From positions 1,123 through 65,122 of the forward strand of contig CAZFNL010000011.1 in NCBI GenBank assembly GCA_964520615.1: a stretch of DNA of 64,000 nucleotides. The letters are read 5' to 3'. This DNA comes from an uncultured Gammaproteobacteria bacterium. Lineage in GTDB: Bacteria; Patescibacteriota; Microgenomatia; 2-02-FULL-39-11. Below the pieces are notes generated by a model that worked only from the letters and a program-made list of their open reading frames with translations, was not told where the DNA came from and searched no databases. The position numbers and the translations under genes are program-made. Position 1 is the first letter of the stretch. Each line of letters opens with the position of its first letter. Below are positions 58,444 through 64,000 of this stretch, one piece after another.

Positions 58444-59346
58444 TTGTTTCTCAACATTAGGATGCGAAGTAAAATGAAATCGTTGAAATTCTGGATACCA
58501 ACCTTAGTTGTTATATTTTTTTTAGGAAACTTTTCGTCTAAGGTATTCAAGTTACAAAAAAGATCACGGTTACCTATTTCCCCTAATATTCTCTACTTCA
58601 CTTCTCCAGTTACTTCGTTTTACGGTAAAGTCGAAAGAGTAAAAGGTAATATTATTACCGTAAGTCAGAAACTGACTATAGAAGAACCAACGCCTGTCTA
58701 TAACCCAAACCAACCGCATCCTCCCATTCCCACACCGATAAGGCAAATCCTTACTTACGAAATTGAAATTACAAAAGATACTATAATCAGCCGTCCTCCA
58801 TTAATGATAGATTATCTTTTTATCACCCCAACTCCAATACAACCTCCACGATTTTCTATATCTGACATTCAAGAGGGTCAAACAATAACTGTTTTAACCA
58901 ACAGTGACCTTCGGATCCTTCAGGGAAACAAAGTTGTCGCCGCATCAATTCAATTGCCAGCAATCAGCAATGCACAAAAGGGAACAATTGCTACGGTTGA
59001 AGGAAATATCATTACTATACAAGCTTATACGCCCACATCTCCAAATCCAATTGGGAATGTTGCGCCATTACAAGAACACCAATACTTTATAACTGTAACA
59101 AAGAATACAGAAATATCACGACTATCAAAACCATCTTCACCTGAACAACTCTTCTTGTCCGACTTGAAACCCGGAATGCAAATCATTGTCTATACTGATG
59201 AAGATGTGACAGTCACCGATCATCTCACCGCTCTTCGCATCGAACCGCTATTCTCAAATCCCACCCCGCTTCCTGAAACTTCATTCTCCCCTCAAGGTAC
59301 CCTCTCCGCAACATCAAGTGCCCACTACCCAACCGCAAATCCCTAG
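58444..59346 (+). CDS. Secreted/membrane-anchored hypothetical protein
   Basis: N-terminal TM, then a PT-rich ectodomain with internal repeats (GNIITV/GNIITI). Confidence 0.4.
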   Translation: MFLNIRMRSKMKSLKFWIPTLVVIFFLGNFSSKVFKLQKRSRLPISPNILYFTSPVTSFYGKVERVKGNIITVSQKLTIEEPTPVYNPNQPHPPIPTPIRQILTYEIEITKDTIISRPPLMIDYLFITPTPIQPPRFSISDIQEGQTITVLTNSDLRILQGNKVVAASIQLPAISNAQKGTIATVEGNIITIQAYTPTSPNPIGNVAPLQEHQYFITVTKNTEISRLSKPSSPEQLFLSDLKPGMQIIVYTDEDVTVTDHLTALRIEPLFSNPTPLPETSFSPQGTLSATSSAHYPTANP

Positions 59347-59408
59347 TGACCGCCAAACCAGGTGACCGTTCAAAGGTAGAAATTTATTTTCTCCCCGCCA
59401 CCACCACC

Positions 59409-59437
59409 CGCCCCGCTTGTCGCGGGGTTTTCTTTTT
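59409..59437 (+). terminator. Rho-independent terminator
   Basis: CGCCCCGC-TTGT-CGCGGGG followed by TTTTCTTTTT, 63 nt after the 59346 stop. Confidence 0.5.
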
Positions 59438-59645
59438 GCTTGCTTGCTGTCTTCCCAGTTTATCACACGCTCAAGGACTGCGGGCAGTTTGCAACTGTCC
59501 TCGCAAGTTGTGGTTCCCCTTCGTCCATCGACTTCGCTCAGGATGCTCAGGGTCACCATCAATCCTTGACTTCGTGTGCTGCCCTCCCATCAGCCAAGCA
59601 AGCAAAAGAGCTTGCAAATCATGGCAAGGAGGGAGGTGCCCCAAA

Positions 59646-59869
59646 TGGCACAAACGAAACGCTTCACGGCGAAGAAAGACCTCAAGCTCGACTGCGGTCA
59701 CACGATCAAAACCGGCGAGACCTTCGTCGTGACGAGCATCTACGCGTGCGAGAAAGATGCCGAGTGGCCGCTTGGCGTCCTCCGCGCCGCCTTTGAGAAA
59801 GCGCTTGCTAACCTGCTCAAGGAATTGAAGCCGGTGAGCGCCAAGGGCGGAGACGCAGAGCAAGAGTAA
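59646..59869 (+). CDS. Small hypothetical protein in the GC-rich block
   Basis: AGGAGGGAGG RBS 6 nt upstream of ATG 59646 (ORF track 59576-59869). 74 aa with GC3-rich codon usage, followed by a strong terminator. Confidence 0.4.
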
Positions 59870-59883
59870 TCGCTCTGCCTTCA

Positions 59884-59918
59884 GGGGCTAGGGAGAAATC
59901 TCTAGCCCCTATTTTTTT
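59884..59918 (+). terminator. Rho-independent terminator
   Basis: GGGGCTAGGGAGA-AATC-TCTAGCCCCT followed by ATTTTTTT. Confidence 0.7.
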
Positions 59919-60095
59919 GCTGCGCCTCTCCTTCCTTCCCTCCCATCCGCCCCCTCGTTTCCCCACCACTCTCCCTCCTCATTCATCCGCTCCTCGCTGC
60001 CTCTTAATCCCCACCTCTCGTCTACCTCTCTTTAGCTTCGCCATTCGTGCAAATCTCATCACTTCCACCACTGGTAATCTTCATCACCTATCTGT

Positions 60096-60237
60096 CACAC
60101 TGATTTCCCTCAGGCACTTTGGGCTGGCAAGTATTCGTAGCGGATTTCAGGCAAAAACGAGCGTGAAATAGGCAAAAGTGCCCTCCGAATACTTGCCAAT
60201 TTGACCACCGAAAAAGGGTCCCAGGGAAATCAGTGTG
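60096..60237. repeat. Nested inverted repeats (15-bp outer arms CACACTGATTTCCCT/AGGGAAATCAGTGTG; 12-bp inner arms GGCAAGTATTCG/CGAATACTTGCC)
   Basis: Read directly: outer arms at 60096-60110 and 60223-60237, inner arms at 60126-60137 and 60186-60197. Both are perfect and enclose a ~48-nt loop. Confidence 0.65.
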
Positions 60238-60329
60238 TCATTGACTCACACCATGATAAACCTTGACACAGATCCGATGGAAAACCGTCGAGGGACCACA
60301 AAAGAAACGTCTCTTTGAATTCTCCCAGG

Positions 60330-60360
60330 ATCGAACTCAATCGAACTCAATCGAACTCAT
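60330..60360. repeat. Three tandem 10-bp repeats (ATCGAACTCA), iteron-like
   Basis: GGATCGAACTCAATCGAACTCAATCGAACTCATCAGG. Flanked by GAATTCTCCC direct repeats at 60317 and 60423. Confidence 0.6.
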
Positions 60361-60980
60361 CAGGATGTGATTCTCAACCTGGCATCGCCACGCACCGGCA
60401 TCTGCGTGCGGAACAACCCTCGGAATTCTCCCCGCTTGTTTTCCTCTGCTCGGCGTCCCGCAACTACGTGCGGTCTCTCTCGCGTTTGTAATCTAAGCTG
60501 CAAATTCTTACCGCGAGTCTAACCCATCCAGAAAAAGCGTCAAGGGTAAAGTCGCTTTGCTCCCGGCTTCGCCGCCCTTGACGCTTTTTCTTGACCCGAT
60601 GGGTTTCTCTCCTCGCGGAATTTGCACCTTAACAAACGCAAAAGCGGATCGACCGCACCCAAGGCGGGACGACAACCCCTCGCAGATCGTCTTGCGGGGC
60701 AACAGCATTCCTACGGGAAGAGCGTTCCGCGTCTTAACAAGATGCCGGTGCCAAGAGAAGCCGATGCCACAATCTATCCAACCACGCATCGCCCTTGCGT
60801 TCTGCGTGGTCGGTTTTCACTTCACCTGAAAACGGAAAGGCAGTTAGGCACATTGGAAAGTGACTTGCGGACAAGCGCCCTGCAAACCTGCTTGACCAGA
60901 AAGTGAGTTCGTTCGTGTGTGTGTTGTTTTTTCTCATCAAGGGGAAGGGTGCGCCCCGAGAAAAGCACCCGGAGGTGAAT

Positions 60981-61157
60981 ATGTTCGTTCTGTGGCTACT
61001 GCACTTCTACAAACTGCGCTACGACGTGTTTGGAAACGCGCAAGCGTCTGTGAATCCGACCCGCGACGAATTGTTCAGTTTCTACGCGCTTCTTCTCACT
61101 CCTCAAGCCGTGATGACGGCGCTGTACGACTCCCAGGCGCGTCACATCTACTACTGA
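60981..61157 (+). CDS. Small hypothetical ORF with strong RBS
   Basis: GGAGGTG sits 4 nt upstream of ATG 60981 and the ORF is 58 aa. Coding status is uncertain. Confidence 0.3.
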   Translation: MFVLWLLHFYKLRYDVFGNAQASVNPTRDELFSFYALLLTPQAVMTALYDSQARHIYY

Positions 61158-61234
61158 AAAAAAGTTCGGGCTTGCAAGTGATCAGCCGTCACGCGCAAGC
61201 CCTAACATCCCAATCCAGTTGAAAGGACATTGAG

Positions 61235-61522
61235 ATGTCTAACGTGATTGTATCACTCATCGACCCATCCGGCAATCCCGATCCGAGCCTGGCGGCATAC
61301 ATGGCGGTGCAGGACTATGCCGCGATCCTCGCCGAGGAACTTGATCCTCGCGACGACCCTCACGCCGAGCACGGAGATTGGCAAACACCCAACGTACATG
61401 CTTGCTGCGACGGCAACATCGAAACGCAAATTACAAAGCGGCACGAACCAGGGACACCTTACATGTGTCCACACTGCCAGCAGCCCTACTGCGCTGACTG
61501 TGACATCGAGGTGCAGCGATGA
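61235..61522 (+). CDS. Small acidic Cys-rich hypothetical protein
   Basis: 95 aa with a C-terminal CCDG...MCPHCQQPYCADCD cluster (zinc-binding-like). The stop overlaps the next start (ATGA). Confidence 0.4.
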   Translation: MSNVIVSLIDPSGNPDPSLAAYMAVQDYAAILAEELDPRDDPHAEHGDWQTPNVHACCDGNIETQITKRHEPGTPYMCPHCQQPYCADCDIEVQR

Positions 61523-62493
61523 CCGCCCAGCAGATGAATATGTTTCCCCAAGGTGACGATTTGCCGCTCTTCAGCGGCACGCCCATCAAGGTGAGAATTC
61601 AGACCAGTGAGCCGCGCGAAGCCGAGAGCCAAGCGCGGCTTTCAATTTGTCCACTGTGCCAGGACACCGGCAAGGTCATCATTCAGCGCAAGCGAAGCGA
61701 GCCAGTGTTTTGCACGTGCGAAGCAGGACAAAGTGCGAAAGCAAAAGCACGGTTGGAACAACTCCCAGACTCCAAGCGTGTTAAGCGTTTACGCGAGATG
61801 TACGCCGAGCCAAGGGACGACACTGGACAGGTGCTGCGCGAGGCAATGGTGTGGGACAATCCCAAGGCGCGACTGGCTAGTATCGGTCCGCAAGCGTTGA
61901 CGCTCATCGAACTCTTGTCCGTGATTCTGGGCACGGAAGGACAGCCCGAGGTGGGGGCAAGAGTGCTTGCAGAGTGCAAGACTATCGCAGGTATTCGTAC
62001 CCGTTCCATCGCGGAATTGGTGACGAGCACAAAGCTGACACTGACGCGAGCCAAGCGTCTCGCCGCTGCGCTCGAACTGGGACGGCGAGCACTTCAGTGC
62101 AGTGAAGAGCGTCCTTACATCAAGTCTCCCGCCGATGCTGCTCAGCTTCTAGCCGAGATGGGCACACTTGACCAGGAGCAGATGCGGGTGCTGGCACTTG
62201 ACACCAAGAACCGCGTTATAGAGATCGTGACCGTCTATCAAGGAAGCGTGCACACAACAGTCATTCGCGTGTGTGAGCTAATGAAAGCAGCAATCCGCGT
62301 CAATGCAACCTCGATCATCGTTGCCCACTGTCATCCCTCCGGCGATCCGACTCCAAGTCCTGAAGACGTGGCGGTCACAACGGAGATTGTCAAAGCGGCA
62401 AAAATCCTTGACCTCGACTGTCTCGACCATCTGGTCATCGGCAGTTCGGGCAAGTTCGTCAGCTTGAAGGAAAGGGGGCTTGGATTCTCATGA
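61519..62493 (+). CDS. RadC-like JAB/MPN-domain protein with N-terminal zinc-ribbon extension
   Basis: C-terminal JAMM-like HCHPSGDPTPSPED motif preceded by a helix-hairpin-helix region (RadC/UPF0758 architecture). The first ~100 aa carry CPLCQDTGK...FCTCEAG. Confidence 0.8.
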   Translation: MTAQQMNMFPQGDDLPLFSGTPIKVRIQTSEPREAESQARLSICPLCQDTGKVIIQRKRSEPVFCTCEAGQSAKAKARLEQLPDSKRVKRLREMYAEPRDDTGQVLREAMVWDNPKARLASIGPQALTLIELLSVILGTEGQPEVGARVLAECKTIAGIRTRSIAELVTSTKLTLTRAKRLAAALELGRRALQCSEERPYIKSPADAAQLLAEMGTLDQEQMRVLALDTKNRVIEIVTVYQGSVHTTVIRVCELMKAAIRVNATSIIVAHCHPSGDPTPSPEDVAVTTEIVKAAKILDLDCLDHLVIGSSGKFVSLKERGLGFS

Positions 62494-63203
62494 TCACCCA
62501 AACTACCCCCGCCCAGCGCGAAGAACGCAAGCGCAAGCTGCAAACCCTCTCACAAGCTGAATATCAGAACTTGCGGAACCTCGTGCACTACATCGTGCCC
62601 CAAAAGTTCTGCGACCCCGACGATGCGCTCAGTCACGGTCTTTTGATCGCGATGGAAAAGTACGACGGACACGGCGAACTCAAGACGTACGTCATGCGCT
62701 GCGCCTATCTCTACTCGCTGCAGCAGGTCAAAAAGACCCGACTCAATATCACCTTCACCGACCTGCAAAACGAATCGGATTTCGAGGAATATTTGGACGA
62801 AGTACTTCCCTACCTCGAAGACCCGCGATACGTCGAAGCCGTCGACGAGTTATTCATTAGGCGCATCCATGAAGTGCTCGACAGCATGAGGAACTGGCGT
62901 TTCCGTCACACCACCCAGGAAGCCATCGCTGACGCTCACACGATCCTGGAGCTCTTGCGTGAGAACGCCAACCTGGGAAAAGGGATCGGTGTGGACGAAT
63001 ACGAAGACGGACCGCTCACGGCGTTCAAACGCGGCAAACCCCGTGTCGGACGCCCCATGCACAATACCAAGATCGTCCGCAAGAACATCGTCGATCATCT
63101 CACCGACGAGCTGCACACTACCAAGCAGGACATCAGCAGCGCATACAAGGCGCTGCGTCTCAGCACCCGACAGGCGCTCAATGAAGGATGGCTTCCGACA
63201 TGA
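62490..63203 (+). CDS. Hypothetical protein, weak sigma-70 region-2/region-4-like features
   Basis: DALSHGLLIAMEKYDGHGELKTYVMRCAYLYSL resembles sigma region 2. C-terminal ISSAYKALRLSTRQAL is HTH-like. Start overlaps the upstream stop. Confidence 0.3.
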   Translation: MITQTTPAQREERKRKLQTLSQAEYQNLRNLVHYIVPQKFCDPDDALSHGLLIAMEKYDGHGELKTYVMRCAYLYSLQQVKKTRLNITFTDLQNESDFEEYLDEVLPYLEDPRYVEAVDELFIRRIHEVLDSMRNWRFRHTTQEAIADAHTILELLRENANLGKGIGVDEYEDGPLTAFKRGKPRVGRPMHNTKIVRKNIVDHLTDELHTTKQDISSAYKALRLSTRQALNEGWLPT

Positions 63204-63469
63204 CCATCTATCTTCTCCACATTCAGCCCTGCTATAAGCACGCACGGCACTACCTGGGCATCACGAAAGATCTCGACGCGCGGTTGCAGCTTCATCGCGA
63301 AGGGAGAGCCGCACGACTGACCCAGGTGTGTGTCGAGAGTGGGCGTGTGTTACAACTGGTTCGAACGTGGGAAGGCAGTCGCGACGACGAACGACGATTG
63401 AAGAATCAAAAGAACTCGCCACGGCTGTGTCCTCTGTGTAATCCCAAGTTGAAAGGAGTCGAATGCTAG
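63188..63469 (+). CDS. Stand-alone GIY-YIG nuclease-domain protein
   Basis: IYLLHIQPCYKHARHYLGITKDLDARLQLHREG, with GIY-YIG-like Y...Y(L)G, Arg and Glu positions. 93 aa. Confidence 0.65.
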   Translation: MASDMTIYLLHIQPCYKHARHYLGITKDLDARLQLHREGRAARLTQVCVESGRVLQLVRTWEGSRDDERRLKNQKNSPRLCPLCNPKLKGVEC

Positions 63470-63789
63470 TTGACCAACCAAGTCCGCAACAATACTTGAA
63501 GGTTATCTTGTGCGAAGAAATTGGGCTGTCCGAGAAATCGGCAGCCCGTCTCATTCAAGAGTACGGTGAGCTTGCAGTGCAGCGTCACGCGATGTATTGC
63601 CTCTGGATGATGAGCCAGGGTAAAGTGCACGTTCCGCCGGCGTGGTTGACCGCATCTTTGAAAGGCGATTGGCGCGCACCGTACGGAATGCCAAGCGATT
63701 GGTTGCCGACGGTGCTGCATTTCCGTGTCGACGAGAACACGTTCGTGGAGTTCACGCGTGAGGTGCGTGACGAGAAAAAGGCAACTTGA
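63463..63789 (+). CDS. Hypothetical protein (last gene of the overlapping GC-rich operon)
   Basis: 108 aa. Start overlaps the upstream stop and the gene is followed by a terminator. Confidence 0.35.
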   Translation: MLVDQPSPQQYLKVILCEEIGLSEKSAARLIQEYGELAVQRHAMYCLWMMSQGKVHVPPAWLTASLKGDWRAPYGMPSDWLPTVLHFRVDENTFVEFTREVRDEKKAT

Positions 63790-63796
63790 ACACCGA

Positions 63797-63838
63797 AGCC
63801 CCGGAAGCAGCGATGCTTCTGGGGCTATTTTTATTTTG
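63797..63838 (+). terminator. Rho-independent terminator
   Basis: GCCCCGGAAGC-AGCGAT-GCTTCTGGGGC followed by TATTTTTATTTT. Confidence 0.6.
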
Positions 63839-64000
63839 CCACTTTTGCCTCCTCCACTTCTTGGCACACCTCCTATTGACTCCGCAGTTCCCACCTGATA
63901 ATCTACCTTCATGATTACCAAAAAGGATGTGGAAGAAACAGTCAACACCGGAATCGCCGGATTACGCAAAGAATTCAAGGAAGAAATGTCGTCGATGCGC

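Noticed and set aside
59300-59450. tRNA/tmRNA integration site at the AT/GC junction
   Set aside because: No cloverleaf-compatible sequence or TPsiC-loop GTTCGAATC-type motif found by eye at the junction or in other intergenic regions. A tRNAscan run would be decisive.
59346-59869. Overlapping ORFs 59346-59732, 59440-59796, 59471-59863 and 59917-60171 in the GC-rich block
   Set aside because: High GC content inflates random ORF length. Their translations are Arg/Pro/Ser-rich with no RBS. Only the 59646-59869 frame, with an AGGAGG RBS and terminator, looks genuine.
60330-60360. CRISPR array
   Set aside because: Only three 10-bp direct repeats with no spacers of CRISPR length. No other regularly spaced repeats anywhere in the window.

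Overview
Most of this window (1 to ~59.35 kb) is AT-rich (~35% GC) and gene-dense. It resembles a reduced-genome bacterium with a Gram-positive-type envelope, possibly Patescibacteria/CPR, though taxonomy is inferred only from gene content and composition. Recognisable core genes are: RNase J (5'-truncated by the window edge), thyA-folA, msrB, an ABC transporter pair, ftsK, a rodZ-like gene, a complete aspartate-to-threonine operon (lysC-hom-asd-thrB-thrC), alaS preceded by a T-box-like leader, the hrcA-grpE-dnaK-dnaJ operon with a near-consensus CIRCE operator, murJ, rpsT, tpiA, uvrD/pcrA, mltG, an HhH-GPD glycosylase, a pyrimidine/AMP-phosphorylase-family gene and a Nif3-like gene. Between these lie cell-surface loci. 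Two sortases are present, with candidate C-terminally anchored substrates. Three paralogous Asn/Thr/Gly-rich repeat secreted proteins sit in tandem (20.7-27.6 kb) beside a GT-C-like membrane glycosyltransferase. The window also holds PilN/PilO-like genes, an LCP protein, two FemAB-like genes flanking a TMTC/PMT-like TPR glycosyltransferase, a secreted clan GH-A glycoside hydrolase, and a tail-fibre-like repeat protein. A HEPN-motif protein is appended to the thr operon. From ~59.4 kb to the window end the composition switches abruptly to ~58-60% GC. This block contains about 1.3 kb of highly structured non-coding DNA (nested inverted repeats, three tandem 10-bp repeats, a CT-rich tract) followed by a tightly overlapping five-gene operon. 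That operon encodes a Cys-rich small protein, a RadC-like JAB protein with an N-terminal zinc ribbon, a sigma-like protein, a GIY-YIG nuclease and an unknown protein. The block looks like a foreign or mobile segment, possibly a plasmid/ICE leading region or a prophage, or else an assembly chimera. No rRNA, tRNA or CRISPR array was found.
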